64,000 nucleotides of DNA from a bacterium (GCA_037134355.1 JBAXMJ010000001.1:16951-80950); one strand, 5' to 3'. Shown: positions 7,149-17,753, counted from the stretch's first letter. Notes: a model not told the origin generated them from the sequence alone. Numbers and translations: made by a program.

Positions 7149-9275
7149 ATGAATACATGCAAAACACCCCCACCGAAGTTCATGATTCTGACCCTTGGAA
7201 CCATGGCGTTATCTCTGATACTCATCCCGAACGCCAAATCGGCCACCAACACGATTGAAACGGTCGTGGTCTCTGCGCGGCGCTGGACGGAACCACTTCA
7301 GTCGGTGCCAGGCGCGGTGACCGTTCAAAATGCCGACACGCTTCAATCAGCTGGCATTCGGGATCTTCGCGATGCTGCCCCCAAAGTGCCAAATCTGACG
7401 CTGGGGGATTTCTCCGTGCGACGCCTCACCTTCCCCTATATGCGGGGCATCGGATCGGGCCGCAACAGCCCCGCTGTCACCACGATCATTGATGGCGTCC
7501 CCCAGCTCTCCTACGCCACCGCCAATCAGGAACTGCTCGATGTCGAGCGGATTGAATTCCTGCGCGGTGCTCAGGGTTCCCTGTATGGCCGCAACACACT
7601 CGGCGGCGCCATCAACATTGTCCCCCATCTGCCCACCCGGGATCCCGCCGCTTCCTTCAGCCTCGCTACCGGAAGTGAAAATTTCTTTGACGCCCGTGCC
7701 TCCAGCGAGGGGCCTCTCGGCACCGATAAAGCCGCCGGTAGTGCAAGCGCTGGCTATTCCCGCCGCGATGGATATACCCACAATGACATCACAGGCAACC
7801 GGCTGGACGGTCGCGAATCGTTCTTCGGCCGCGCTCAGATGCTCTGGCCCGACGAAGGACCGTGGACCTATCGTCTCAGTGCCGGCGGTGAAGTGGATCG
7901 CGATGGCGACTACGGGTTGGGCGATCTGGCGACCATCCGTTCCAAACCCCATCATGTTGCCCATGATTATGAAGGCAGCTCGGAACGCGATCTGGCGCAA
8001 CCGGTCTTTACCGCAACACGTAAAGGTGACAAGGCCGATTTTGTTTCAACCACGGCCTTTCAATGGTGGCGTTCCCATGACAGGACCGACCTGGATGCCA
8101 CCCCTGCCGACCTGATTCGCCGTGACAATGAGGAGAATCAACAGGCGACTATCGAGGAACTCCGCTTCATGTCGCCTGAGAACGCCCCGGTCACGCTCGG
8201 AGATCATCTGAGTCTCCGCTGGCTGCTCGGCGCCCTAGCGTTCCACTCGTCCTATTCCCAACGCGCCTTCAACGATTACCGGCCCGGCTCTGTCGCGATG
8301 CTCGGCCTTCCGTTCCCTTTTCAGCAGCATGATGATGCCGATCTTGCCGACACCGGACTGAGCCTCTTTGGGCACACCACGCTCACTCTGGATGAACGAT
8401 GGGAACTCGGCCTCGGTATCCGGGATGATTATGAACACCGGTCAGCCGACCGCCGGAGTTACGCCTCCATTCCCCTGATGCCGGCCTCGGGCGCGGACGA
8501 CAGCGCCGATTTCAACCAGATCAGCCCGCGCACCTCGCTCGGTTATCACCTTACGAAAAACGCCTTTGTCTACGGGGAAGCCTCAAAAGGATATAAGGCT
8601 GGCGGATTCAATACCCTGGCGATTCCCGGCCACGCCACCTATGGCGATGAAAACAGCTGGACCTATGAGACCGGACTTAAAACAGACTGGTTGAGCCGCC
8701 GCGTAACAGCCAACCTCGCCTTGTTCCACACCGACTGGAACGACCTGCAGATGGATGTCCCGACAGGTTCTCCCGGCGTCTTCTATCTCGACAACACCAG
8801 CAAGGCCGAAAGTCAGGGCGGTGAACTCGAACTGACAATCCGTCCAGTGAGCGGACTCAGCCTGTTCGGCGGACTGGGCGTCCTCTCCACCGAATTCGGA
8901 CAAGGCAGCACCACCGCCGGAATGGATGTCAGTGGCAACGACCTGCCCTTTGCCCCGCGCACAACCTGGAACGCCGGCACGGAGTACAGTCAGACGTTGC
9001 GCGGGCGCGCCATCGGCTTTATCCGGATTGAGGGTGTTGGAACCGGCCGCTATCAGTACGACGCCCTCAATGGGGCTTCCCAATCCAGTTATGCCCTGGT
9101 TAACACCCGCGTAGGTATGGCCAATGGAAGCTGGCGTGTCGAGGCCTGGGTGAAAAACCTGTTCGATAAGGATTATGTTCCCCTCGCCTTCTCCTACCCG
9201 CTTGCACCCTCGGGCTACATCGGGGAGAGCGGCACACCCCGAACCCTTGGCGTCTCCCTTGCCCGTTCGTTCTAA
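7149..9275 (+). CDS. TonB-dependent outer-membrane receptor
   Basis: Signal peptide, TonB-box-like 'ETVVVSA', plug and 22-strand barrel region, C-terminal '...SLARSF' terminal Phe. Start chosen at MNTCK; the ORF track begins at 7032. Confidence 0.8.
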   Translation: MNTCKTPPPKFMILTLGTMALSLILIPNAKSATNTIETVVVSARRWTEPLQSVPGAVTVQNADTLQSAGIRDLRDAAPKVPNLTLGDFSVRRLTFPYMRGIGSGRNSPAVTTIIDGVPQLSYATANQELLDVERIEFLRGAQGSLYGRNTLGGAINIVPHLPTRDPAASFSLATGSENFFDARASSEGPLGTDKAAGSASAGYSRRDGYTHNDITGNRLDGRESFFGRAQMLWPDEGPWTYRLSAGGEVDRDGDYGLGDLATIRSKPHHVAHDYEGSSERDLAQPVFTATRKGDKADFVSTTAFQWWRSHDRTDLDATPADLIRRDNEENQQATIEELRFMSPENAPVTLGDHLSLRWLLGALAFHSSYSQRAFNDYRPGSVAMLGLPFPFQQHDDADLADTGLSLFGHTTLTLDERWELGLGIRDDYEHRSADRRSYASIPLMPASGADDSADFNQISPRTSLGYHLTKNAFVYGEASKGYKAGGFNTLAIPGHATYGDENSWTYETGLKTDWLSRRVTANLALFHTDWNDLQMDVPTGSPGVFYLDNTSKAESQGGELELTIRPVSGLSLFGGLGVLSTEFGQGSTTAGMDVSGNDLPFAPRTTWNAGTEYSQTLRGRAIGFIRIEGVGTGRYQYDALNGASQSSYALVNTRVGMANGSWRVEAWVKNLFDKDYVPLAFSYPLAPSGYIGESGTPRTLGVSLARSF

Positions 9276-9292
9276 CCGAACGCCGATCACCC

Positions 9293-9390
9293 CTTCAGGG
9301 TAGGGAGGCCTCTCCGAGGCCTCCGCAGGCAGAATGGGTGATATTGACCAGTCGACAGCGGAGGCCTCGGAGAGGCCTCCCTACCCTGAA
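9293..9390. terminator. Very long near-perfect palindrome (about 34-nt arms, about 30-nt loop); probable bidirectional terminator or structured element
   Basis: CTTCAGGGTAGGGAGGCCTCTCCGAGGCCTCCGC ... GCGGAGGCCTCGGAGAGGCCTCCCTACCCTGAAG. Each arm contains the nested palindrome GAGGCCTC. No T-tract. Confidence 0.45.
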
Positions 9391-9439
9391 GAATCTTCTG
9401 TGCTTGCCTTAGGACCGTCACTTCTGAACAATCCAGCCC

Positions 9440-10060
9440 ATGAATCCAACACAAAGTTCCACCTTGGTCTGGTTCGATACCGAATACACCAGCCTTGACC
9501 TCGAGCAGGCGCACCTGATTCAGGTGGCCATGGTCATCACCGACATGCAGGGTCGGCGGATCGCGCCACAGGATCAGGACCTTATGACGGCTGTTCGACT
9601 TCCCGAAGGATGTTCTGTCAGTGATTTCGTTGCCAAGGAATGTCCGGACCTGGTCCGGCGGGCCCGATCTGAAAGCACGCCCACTTCGGATGAGGTCGAT
9701 GGCATGCTGACTGCACGATTGAATTCACTGCTCGGGCCGGCGCCTGAAAAAATCAAGGATCGCCCCATCCTCGCAGGAAATACTATTCACGCCGACTGGT
9801 GGTTTGCCCGGCGTTTTCTGCCCCGCTTTATCGACAGGCTCCACTATCGAAATCTGGATGTCAGCACCCTGAAAATCCTTTGGCTCGACTCCAAATTGGG
9901 GCCCGAATTTGACAAGGGAAACACCGCTCTGATCCAGGACAATCTGGATGGCTGGACACTCCCGAGTGGCACCAAACAGCATGACGCCCTCTATGATGTA
10001 ATGTGCTCGGTTGCAGAAATGAATTACTACCGTCGCCATTTTTTAAAAGACCTGAAATAA
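9440..10060 (+). CDS. orn: Oligoribonuclease-like DEDDh 3'-5' exonuclease
   Basis: 'LVWFDTEYTSLD' Exo I motif, 'H..DALYD' Exo III motif; about 200 aa. Confidence 0.6.
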   Translation: MNPTQSSTLVWFDTEYTSLDLEQAHLIQVAMVITDMQGRRIAPQDQDLMTAVRLPEGCSVSDFVAKECPDLVRRARSESTPTSDEVDGMLTARLNSLLGPAPEKIKDRPILAGNTIHADWWFARRFLPRFIDRLHYRNLDVSTLKILWLDSKLGPEFDKGNTALIQDNLDGWTLPSGTKQHDALYDVMCSVAEMNYYRRHFLKDLK

Positions 10061-10119
10061 TCTGGACATGATCCTGGAAGAGCCACGCCTTAACAGGCGC
10101 GGCTACGTAGCCGCCGCGG

Positions 10120-10926
10120 TTACGCGGTGGCCGGATCATGTAAATCGCGGAACAGGGCAGTGGCGTTCTCTGACAGGATTTTTTGAAGAAGCGGCGCGGG
10201 AAGACCCAATTCCCTCAACACCCGCAGGGGTTCCGCGGGATTACCCCACGGGGAATCACTGCCGAAAAACAATCGGTCTTCCGGATGCGCCAGGATCATC
10301 CGGCGCACCTGTTCCTGAGGCAGGAACTCCAGCGTCAGGGAAATCTCCAGATTCACCGGCTTCCCGATCAATTTAGCCTCCACGTCGTTCCAATCATTCC
10401 ACGCCCCGAAATGGGTGGCCATGAATTTCAGTTTGGGAAAACGGGTCACCAGGTCCAGGCTCCGCGACGCATCCGCCTTGCGATCCAGGGGAAAGGCCAT
10501 GTCAAATCCGGTATGAGATACCAGCACAAGCCCGGACGATTCCACTGCGGCGTAAAAGGGATCAAATGCGTGATCTGCCAGGTCAAACCCCTGATAATAG
10601 GGATGAATCTTGATTCCCTTCAATCCCGCAGCCTTGACCTCCCCCACGCGCGCCACCGCCAGGGGGTCGGCCGGATGAATCGACGCCAGAGGAATCAGCC
10701 GGTCGCTTTTTATTGCCCGCGACCACTTGAGGATGGGATCAAACTGTTCTGGCTTGGTGGCAATGGAACAGATGACGGAACGATCCACTCCCGCCGAATC
10801 CATGGAGCGGAGAAGTCCGGCCACCGTTCCATCCGAAAAGGCCCGGGCATTCCCCACCTCGAGATGAGCCATTGCCCGTGCCGCCAGGGAGTCAGGAAAG
10901 GCATGGGTATGAACGTCGATAATCAT
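10120..10926 (-). CDS. Amidohydrolase-family (TIM-barrel metal-dependent hydrolase) protein
   Basis: 'MIIDVHTHAFP' metal-binding HxH start; amidohydrolase-2-like. Confidence 0.6.
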   Translation of the reverse strand: MIIDVHTHAFPDSLAARAMAHLEVGNARAFSDGTVAGLLRSMDSAGVDRSVICSIATKPEQFDPILKWSRAIKSDRLIPLASIHPADPLAVARVGEVKAAGLKGIKIHPYYQGFDLADHAFDPFYAAVESSGLVLVSHTGFDMAFPLDRKADASRSLDLVTRFPKLKFMATHFGAWNDWNDVEAKLIGKPVNLEISLTLEFLPQEQVRRMILAHPEDRLFFGSDSPWGNPAEPLRVLRELGLPAPLLQKILSENATALFRDLHDPATA

Positions 10927-12086
10927 CAGGTTTTTTTCACGAAGGGGGAAATGGCTCTCAATTTGGCTATAATGGGAGGAAGACTCTTCAGGGTATACTC
11001 GATCTCTTCGGCTGTCGTGAACCGGCTCAGACTGAACCGTACCGAACCATGAACCGCAGTGAAGGGCACACCCATGGCGCGAAGCACATGCGAAGGCTCC
11101 AACGAACCCGAAGTGCAGGCCGACCCCGAGGAGGCCGCAATCCCGACATCACTCATCATATAGAGGATGGATTCACCCTCGATATATTCAAAACTGATGT
11201 TCAGAGTATTAGGAAGCCGGTTGACCCGGTCTCCATTGACCCGCGAATCCGGGCAGGTGGCCAGGAATCCGGCCTCAAGCCGGTCACGCAGGGCCGCTAT
11301 TACCGTCATCTCCCGACCGATTGACGCGCCGGCCAATTCCGCCGCCCGCCCCAATCCCACAATATAGGGCACATTCTCGGTACCCGCCCGACGACTGTCC
11401 TCCTGATGCCCCCCCAACATGAAGGGCTGAAGACGCGTCCCCTTGCGCACATACAATACGCCAATTCCCTTGGGCGCATGAATCTTGTGGCCGGAAAGGG
11501 AAAGCATATCGACCGGGATCTTGCGAACATCAATAGGCATCTTGCCCACCGCCTGCACGGCGTCAGTATGCATGACCCCGCCCGCGGCCTTCACCATGGC
11601 GGCGATTTCCGGTATCGGAAAAATCACACCCGTCTCATTGTTCGCCCACATCACGCTGACCACCGCAGGACCGTCCCGGAGCGCCTCACCCAATTGAACC
11701 ACATCCAACTGCCCCGCCGAATCCACGCCGATCTCGTGCAACCGGTGCCCCCGTTCTCCGAGATAGCGACACGGGCCCAGAACGGCAGGATGTTCCACCC
11801 GCGTGGTGATGATGTTATACCGTGGACCCAGAGCCTCGGCAGCACCCCGGATGGCCATGTTATCGCTCTCGGTTCCGCAACTGGTGAAAATAATTTCCGA
11901 GGGATCGGCATGAATCAGCTCAGCAACCTGACTCCGGGCCCGGTCAATGTGCTTTTTCACCTCCCCGCCAAACGCATGCATGCTGGAGGGATTCCCCCAC
12001 TGGTCATGCAAGAAAGGCATCATCGCCTCGATCACCTCGGGTGCCACGGCGCTGGTGGCGTTGTTATCCAGGTAGATGGTCTTCAT
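10926..12086 (-). CDS. nifS: Cysteine desulfurase NifS/IscS
   Basis: PLP-lysine region and 'SSGSACTSGSLEPSHVL' active-site loop. Confidence 0.85.
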   Translation of the reverse strand: MKTIYLDNNATSAVAPEVIEAMMPFLHDQWGNPSSMHAFGGEVKKHIDRARSQVAELIHADPSEIIFTSCGTESDNMAIRGAAEALGPRYNIITTRVEHPAVLGPCRYLGERGHRLHEIGVDSAGQLDVVQLGEALRDGPAVVSVMWANNETGVIFPIPEIAAMVKAAGGVMHTDAVQAVGKMPIDVRKIPVDMLSLSGHKIHAPKGIGVLYVRKGTRLQPFMLGGHQEDSRRAGTENVPYIVGLGRAAELAGASIGREMTVIAALRDRLEAGFLATCPDSRVNGDRVNRLPNTLNISFEYIEGESILYMMSDVGIAASSGSACTSGSLEPSHVLRAMGVPFTAVHGSVRFSLSRFTTAEEIEYTLKSLPPIIAKLRAISPFVKKT

Positions 12087-12937
12087 TCCCGAACCTCCTC
12101 CACCGTCAGTTCACTGGAAACAAACTCACGAAGCTTGACCTCCACCACATCCTTCAGGGTGAAATGGGCGACCTGACATCCAGCGCACATCCCACGCAGT
12201 GCGACCTTGACCCGGTTCCCATCGACATCAATCAGTTCGATATCCCCTCCGTCCCGCTTCAATAACGGACGGATTTCACGCTCGATCGTCTGTTCAATCA
12301 GCCGGATCTTTTCAATCACCGTCAGTTTCTTAGGTGCGGTTTTTGCTCCAGCCTTATGTTCGGCCTCCAGCCGTTCCACACGAGCTTTCTCCAGGATAGT
12401 CTCGATATCCGGTTTGCACTTCCCGCACCCGCCGCCCGCCTTCGTATAATTGGTCACCTGTTCCAGTGTCGAAAGGCCATTCTCACGAACCACCCGTTCG
12501 ATTTCCTCCGCGGTAACGCCAAAGCAATTGCACACCACCTTGCCGGCCAGAATTTTCTTCTCGGTCGATCCGCTCCTGTAATTCTCGATGGCCGCCTCAA
12601 GGGCCTCGCGCCCCATCACGGAACAGTGCATCTTCTGTTCGGGAAGCCCGCCCAGAAACTCAGCAATATCCTGATTGGTCACTTTTCCAGCTTCCTCTAC
12701 GGTCATGCCCTTGATCATCTCCGTCAACGCCGAGGATGAGGCAATAGCGCTGGCGCAGCCAAAGGTCTGAAACTTTACATCGGCAATCCGCCCGTCAGCG
12801 CCAAGCTTGAACATCAACCGCAGGGCATCCCCGCAGGCAAGTGAGCCCACTTCGCCGACTCCATCGGGTTTCTCAATCACGCCTACATTCCGGGGATTCC
12901 GGAAATGATCCATCACTTTTCCCGTATAGTCCCACAT
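12083..12937 (-). CDS. nifU: Fe-S cluster assembly scaffold NifU (three-domain)
   Basis: N-terminal IscU-like domain (three Cys), central BFD-like [2Fe-2S] domain (CNCFGVT), C-terminal Nfu CxxC domain. Confidence 0.85.
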   Translation of the reverse strand: MWDYTGKVMDHFRNPRNVGVIEKPDGVGEVGSLACGDALRLMFKLGADGRIADVKFQTFGCASAIASSSALTEMIKGMTVEEAGKVTNQDIAEFLGGLPEQKMHCSVMGREALEAAIENYRSGSTEKKILAGKVVCNCFGVTAEEIERVVRENGLSTLEQVTNYTKAGGGCGKCKPDIETILEKARVERLEAEHKAGAKTAPKKLTVIEKIRLIEQTIEREIRPLLKRDGGDIELIDVDGNRVKVALRGMCAGCQVAHFTLKDVVEVKLREFVSSELTVEEVRE

Positions 12938-13016
12938 AAATCATCATCCTTTCTTCTAGTAGAAACAATAGGTGTTATGAAGAGATCGGTCAAGGTTAAA
13001 TGCTACGCTATTGGTA

Positions 13017-14330
13017 TCATTTTGACGGAATCCCGTTCATTTCCTTGACAATTTTGCTGTGCTCCTTGCTGGCGGGATCAGGAAATTCCAGAATCGCCTT
13101 GTTATAGTAACTGCGTGCCTCCTCATATGACTGGCGCGCCTCAACGGGGTCCCCTGCCGAAGCCAGTAAGTCACCAATTCGTTTGGCATTCAGCCCCAGT
13201 ATCATTTCGCGGCTCACCCTGCACCCAGTCAGTGGATCCTGCTCGTCCCGATCCTGCTTTTTAATGAGACTCATGAAGTCACGGAAATATTTTACGGCCT
13301 CCCTGGGCTGCTTGTTCTTTAGGGCAAGATGGGCGTGGACTTTAGCAAGCATCTGCTGCCTCTGCTCCTCCCCGATTCCACCAGCCCCCTCCTGAATCAA
13401 TTTCAATGACGCCTCGAAGTCCTCCAGAAAATAACTGATATCCAGCATCATGCCCCGCAGCATCATCTTATCACTATCCAAGGTTAACCCTGTCTCCACA
13501 GTCCGGCACAGTGAAAACAAAGCCTGATAGGTGTCGCGATCATTGCAACCCAGCAGCACGGGATAGTATCCATTGATCAGCAGGATAATAACGCCCGGCT
13601 GGACTTTTCGGCGGTTGATCTCCTGCAACCGGTTTACCATCTCACGGGCAGATCCGTTCCGGGCCGCCATTCTCATCCATCCATCGGCGGCAGCCTCGCG
13701 GGTCAGCGTATATCCGGACGGGGACTCCAGTGCTGCGGAATACAGGGTATCGCCAGCCGAGTGATCCCCCTCCTTGAAGGCAGCCTCGCCAACGATCCTC
13801 ACGTTACGGGAAACGCCCTCATCCGGCACCTCAGATATAAGCGTTAGCAATTCGACCAAAGCGCCCTTGTACCCATCACGGGCCATCAGAAGGTCAATTC
13901 TCCCATTCGCCAGGAGGATGCGAGTGGCATGCGAATCCTTGAACTTCGCTTTTACGATGCCCAATACCTGCTCAACAGCCGTCCACTGCTTCCTCTGAAT
14001 CAGCATCGTTTCGATTGCGTTCACAATAGGAGCAACCACATCAGGAGTCTCACCGGCCGCAGCTCCGAACCGGGCCAAGGCGGCATCCATCCGGTTCGCC
14101 CCCATCTCAAGCTGAAGCATCTCCCATAATAGTATGGCTCGATTATTCATATAATGTCGACTGGTGTAATAGGAAGACAGCTTGGATAAGGCGGCATCCA
14201 CCTGCCCAGCCATAGCCATTCTCCGAGCCTCGCCCACAACACCAGCAAGATCCTGCCCGGCTTTGGGTCCGCACGATACCGTCAGAAGCATAGCGCTTAT
14301 CAAACATACACCTATTAACATCCGGGTCAT
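13017..14330 (-). CDS. Hypothetical lipoprotein with TPR-like helical repeats
   Basis: Signal plus lipobox 'LLTVSC'; alpha-helical repeat composition. Confidence 0.45.
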   Translation of the reverse strand: MTRMLIGVCLISAMLLTVSCGPKAGQDLAGVVGEARRMAMAGQVDAALSKLSSYYTSRHYMNNRAILLWEMLQLEMGANRMDAALARFGAAAGETPDVVAPIVNAIETMLIQRKQWTAVEQVLGIVKAKFKDSHATRILLANGRIDLLMARDGYKGALVELLTLISEVPDEGVSRNVRIVGEAAFKEGDHSAGDTLYSAALESPSGYTLTREAAADGWMRMAARNGSAREMVNRLQEINRRKVQPGVIILLINGYYPVLLGCNDRDTYQALFSLCRTVETGLTLDSDKMMLRGMMLDISYFLEDFEASLKLIQEGAGGIGEEQRQQMLAKVHAHLALKNKQPREAVKYFRDFMSLIKKQDRDEQDPLTGCRVSREMILGLNAKRIGDLLASAGDPVEARQSYEEARSYYNKAILEFPDPASKEHSKIVKEMNGIPSK

Positions 14331-14470
14331 GATCGTCCTCCGCTTGGCTTGTTATGTCACCCACTCCTGGTCGTAAAGTAACATTCACCGGCCTGCCCCC
14401 GTCAATCAGTAAATCCCATCAGGATATTCCTGATTGGCGGTTTTCTTCGGCTGTGATAGTTTTGACCCCT

Positions 14471-15499
14471 ATGACAGAGAAGAAAACCATTCCATTAAAG
14501 CGGCGGAAGACCCCAACAGTTAACGCCGACACCTATGTTCAACAGGGGCGAACAATCATTGACTTGGAGATTGAAGGGCTACGGAATGTCCGGACGCATC
14601 TTAACTCGGGATTCGGAAATTCCGTGGACATGATCATCAAGGCCACCCGGGCTGGGGGCAAGGTGGTCGTCACGGGAGTGGGAAAGAATCTCCATATCGG
14701 GGAAAAGATCTCGGCCACCCTGGCCAGTACCGGCACCACAAGCGTCATGCTGAATCCCATCCAGGCCATGCACGGGGATCTCGGAATCCTGGCGCCAGCC
14801 GACATCCTGCTGGCGCTCAGTTACAGTGGTGAATCTGAGGAAGTCCTCAACCTGCTTCCTCTTGTCCGCCGTCTCGGGATCAAGGTGATTGCCCTGACGG
14901 GAAAACTGAACAGTTCCATGGCGAAATTGAGCGATGAGGTTATTTCAGTCGCGATTGAACGAGAGGCATGTCCCTTCAATATGGCGCCCACCACCAGTAC
15001 CACGGCAACTCTGGCTGTCGGCGATGCCCTGGCCATGGTGCTCCTGAAGGCGCGCGGTTTCAAAATCGAGGATTACGCCAAACGCCATCCCGCAGGTGCC
15101 ATCGGCCGCACGCTCCTCCTCCGGGTATCCGACATGATGCGCAAGAGCGATCGAGTTGCCACAGTCCGGTCCGGTGCTAAAATCAAGGATTGCATCCTCG
15201 CCATGACCCGTGCCCGAACGGGATCCGCAGGTATTCTCGACTCAAAGGGACGTATTCTTGGAATCTTCACAGACGGGGATCTAAGGCGACATCTGCCCCA
15301 GCACCCGAACTTGATAAACCTTCCCGTGGAATCCCTAATGACGCGGAATCCCATCACGGTGCAGGAAGACTGCCTGGCCGCGGATGTACTCAGGATCTTC
15401 GAAAAGCACAACATTGATGATCTTCTTGTGGTTGATGCCAAAAACCGACTCGTCGGGGCGGTGGACATCCAGGACCTTCCGAAGCTGAAAATTCTATAA
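14471..15499 (+). CDS. kdsD: KpsF/GutQ-family arabinose-5-phosphate isomerase (SIS plus tandem CBS domains)
   Basis: SIS motif 'VVVTGVGKNLHIGEKISATLASTG'; CBS pair at the C-terminus. Confidence 0.8.
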   Translation: MTEKKTIPLKRRKTPTVNADTYVQQGRTIIDLEIEGLRNVRTHLNSGFGNSVDMIIKATRAGGKVVVTGVGKNLHIGEKISATLASTGTTSVMLNPIQAMHGDLGILAPADILLALSYSGESEEVLNLLPLVRRLGIKVIALTGKLNSSMAKLSDEVISVAIEREACPFNMAPTTSTTATLAVGDALAMVLLKARGFKIEDYAKRHPAGAIGRTLLLRVSDMMRKSDRVATVRSGAKIKDCILAMTRARTGSAGILDSKGRILGIFTDGDLRRHLPQHPNLINLPVESLMTRNPITVQEDCLAADVLRIFEKHNIDDLLVVDAKNRLVGAVDIQDLPKLKIL

Positions 15500-15520
15500 C
15501 CCCTTCTTCAAGGTTCTCCC

Positions 15521-16378
15521 ATGTCAGACATGACACTGATTCAATCAGCCGTCCTGGGCCTCGTCGAGGGTGTCACGGAATATCTTCCGATCAGTTCCAC
15601 CGGCCACCTTCTCCTGGCACAGAAACTCATGGGAATCGGCCAGACCGTCGGGACGCATGAGGCCTCCGAAGCCTATGCCGTCTGCATTCAGGCTGGTGCC
15701 ATCCTCGCAGTGGCTGGCCTGTATTTTCGACGATTGCGCGGCGTGATCGAGGGCGGGCTTGGGAAAAACCCTGAGGGACTCAGGTTGGGAATCAATATGA
15801 TTTTGGCATTCCTGCCCGCCGCCATCATCGGCCTGACCCTTGAAAAATGGATCAAGCAGAACCTGTTCGGAGGCGGCCATTACGGATTGTGGCCGATAGT
15901 GGCAGCCTGGTTTGTCGGGGGGCTTGCGATCCTTCTGATCGAACGCCGTCGAAAGGCACTTCGACAGGACAGCACAACGGGCATTAGCGTTTCCTCGATC
16001 ACCTGGAAAATGGCCCTGCTTATCGGGTCTGTTCAAGTTATTGCCATGTGGCCTGGTGTCAGCCGAAGTCTGGCAACCATTCTGGGCGGACTCTGGGCCG
16101 GCCTGTCTCTGGTTGCCGCAGTCGAATTCAGTTTTCTGCTGGGACTCATCACCCTCAGCGCCGCCACCGCCTTGGACACCCTGAAGTATGGTCATGAAAT
16201 CCTCGCCCATTACGGATGGCAGACCCCCCTGCTCGGGGTGGTGGTCTCGTTTATTTCCGCTGCCGTGGCCATAAAATGGCTCGTTACGTATCTCCAAAAA
16301 CACCCCCTATCGTGCTTCGGCTACTATCGGATTGCCCTCGCCATCGGGGTGGCCGCCTTCCTGCTTTTGGGTTCCTGA
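15521..16378 (+). CDS. uppP: Undecaprenyl-diphosphatase
   Basis: 'EYLPISSTGHL' BacA signature; 8 TM segments. Confidence 0.85.
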   Translation: MSDMTLIQSAVLGLVEGVTEYLPISSTGHLLLAQKLMGIGQTVGTHEASEAYAVCIQAGAILAVAGLYFRRLRGVIEGGLGKNPEGLRLGINMILAFLPAAIIGLTLEKWIKQNLFGGGHYGLWPIVAAWFVGGLAILLIERRRKALRQDSTTGISVSSITWKMALLIGSVQVIAMWPGVSRSLATILGGLWAGLSLVAAVEFSFLLGLITLSAATALDTLKYGHEILAHYGWQTPLLGVVVSFISAAVAIKWLVTYLQKHPLSCFGYYRIALAIGVAAFLLLGS

Positions 16379-16443
16379 AACATTTCTTCCTTTTTATATT
16401 GAAATCCCGATTGAGTTTCGACAGACTGCGCACCTGTTTTTGG

Positions 16444-16520
16444 GGGGACGTAGCTCAATTGGTTAGAGCGCTGCCCTGTCACGGCAGAGGTCGCGGGTTC
16501 GAGCCCCGTCGTCCCCGCCA
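16444..16520 (+). tRNA. tRNA-Asp (anticodon GTC), with encoded CCA
   Basis: Cloverleaf: acceptor GGGGACG/CGTCCCC, anticodon loop CTGTCAC, T-loop TTCGAGC. Confidence 0.9.
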
Positions 16521-16656
16521 TCCTTCGCTCCGCGCCCTACGGGCTTGAGCTTCGGATGGCAAGCCAGATCCCCCACTCATTCTTCATTTCTCATGTCTTG
16601 CTCTCTTTCACGCCTTTTGCTTTGATTCAACAGAACTCTCGCACAGGAGCATCCGC

Positions 16657-17751
16657 ATGTTTCAAATAGATGATTTTCTACGGCAGGCCGTCACATTGGG
16701 CGCGTCTGATGTCCATCTCAAAGCGGGACAAAGCCCTTACCTTCGATTGCATAGTGAACTCGTCGCCATCGATGCCCCTCCTCTAACAGAGGCCGATCTT
16801 GTGGAGGTGATCAACCTGATTCTGCCACGCCATCTGCAGAAATCATACGAGGAGCAGCATGAGGCCGACTTTTCGCATTCCGTTGAGAATGCGGGACGTT
16901 TCCGCGTGAATGCATTTATGAGCCAAGGTCTGCCGTCCTTGGCGTTCCGCCATGTCAAAACCAAAGTCCCCACCGTCGAGGAATTGAATCTTCCTTCGTG
17001 TATCAAAACTATCGCAGGTGCCAAACGCGGCATCGTCATCGTCAGTGGCGCCACAGGCAGTGGAAAATCCACCACCCTTGCCGCCATGCTGAATCACATG
17101 AACGAAACGGAACCGCTCCGGGTGATTACCATTGAGGATCCCATCGAATACCTGTTCATCGATAAAAAATGCGTTATTTCACAGCGCGAAGTGGGTCTGG
17201 ACACATTGAGTTTCCAGGCTGCGCTCAAGCATGTCCTGCGTCAGGATCCAGATGTGATCGTCATCGGCGAAATGCGAGACCAGACCACATTTCGGACGGC
17301 CCTTTCCGCCGCTGAAACCGGGCATTTGGTTCTCACCACCCTGCACTCTGGAACAGCGGCCATCGCCGTACAGCGCCTGCTCGAACTCTTCCCGGCCTCC
17401 GAGTGGGACCAAATCCGGCTAAACCTTGCCAGTAACCTTCAGGCCGTGATCTGCCAGCGATTGATCAAGGGGAATCAAGGCGGCGTCGTACCCGCCGTGG
17501 AAATCATGATCAATACCCCCACCGTCAGGAAACTGCTTGAAAAGAACAAACTCGATGTCCTGCCCGCTGCCATCGAAACGGGCAAGGAAGACGGCATGCA
17601 AACCTTCAATCAATCCATCTATACCCTCATCAAGACCGGCATGATCTCCCAGGAGGAAGGCATGACCTACGCCACGAATCCGCAGGCGTTGAGAATGAAC
17701 CTGCAGGGGATATTCCTGGATGAATCCAACCGGATTCTGGCCACGATTTAA
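16657..17751 (+). CDS. pilT: Type IV pilus twitching-motility ATPase PilT
   Basis: Walker A 'GATGSGKST', PilT-type N-terminus. Confidence 0.85.
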   Translation: MFQIDDFLRQAVTLGASDVHLKAGQSPYLRLHSELVAIDAPPLTEADLVEVINLILPRHLQKSYEEQHEADFSHSVENAGRFRVNAFMSQGLPSLAFRHVKTKVPTVEELNLPSCIKTIAGAKRGIVIVSGATGSGKSTTLAAMLNHMNETEPLRVITIEDPIEYLFIDKKCVISQREVGLDTLSFQAALKHVLRQDPDVIVIGEMRDQTTFRTALSAAETGHLVLTTLHSGTAAIAVQRLLELFPASEWDQIRLNLASNLQAVICQRLIKGNQGGVVPAVEIMINTPTVRKLLEKNKLDVLPAAIETGKEDGMQTFNQSIYTLIKTGMISQEEGMTYATNPQALRMNLQGIFLDESNRILATI

Positions 17752-17753
17752 TT

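Noticed and set aside
7347-9290. Antisense or alternative-frame ORFs (7347-8000, 7489-8115, 8583-9290) inside the TonB-receptor gene
   Set aside because: They are embedded in a well-supported 700-aa TonB-dependent receptor CDS; they have GC-rich spurious frames and no recognisable motifs.
10183-11052. Long plus-strand ORF antisense to the amidohydrolase and nifS genes (also 11406-12176, 33008-34180, 59447-60544, 46604-47911)
   Set aside because: These are antisense to strongly supported conserved CDSs and encode His/Arg/Gly-rich low-complexity products typical of GC-rich antisense frames.
16216-16548. ORF-track ORFs 16216-16548 (+) and 16324-16521 (-) overlapping the tRNA-Asp locus
   Set aside because: They coincide with a canonical tRNA cloverleaf and have no protein similarity; they are translation artefacts of the GC-rich tRNA gene.
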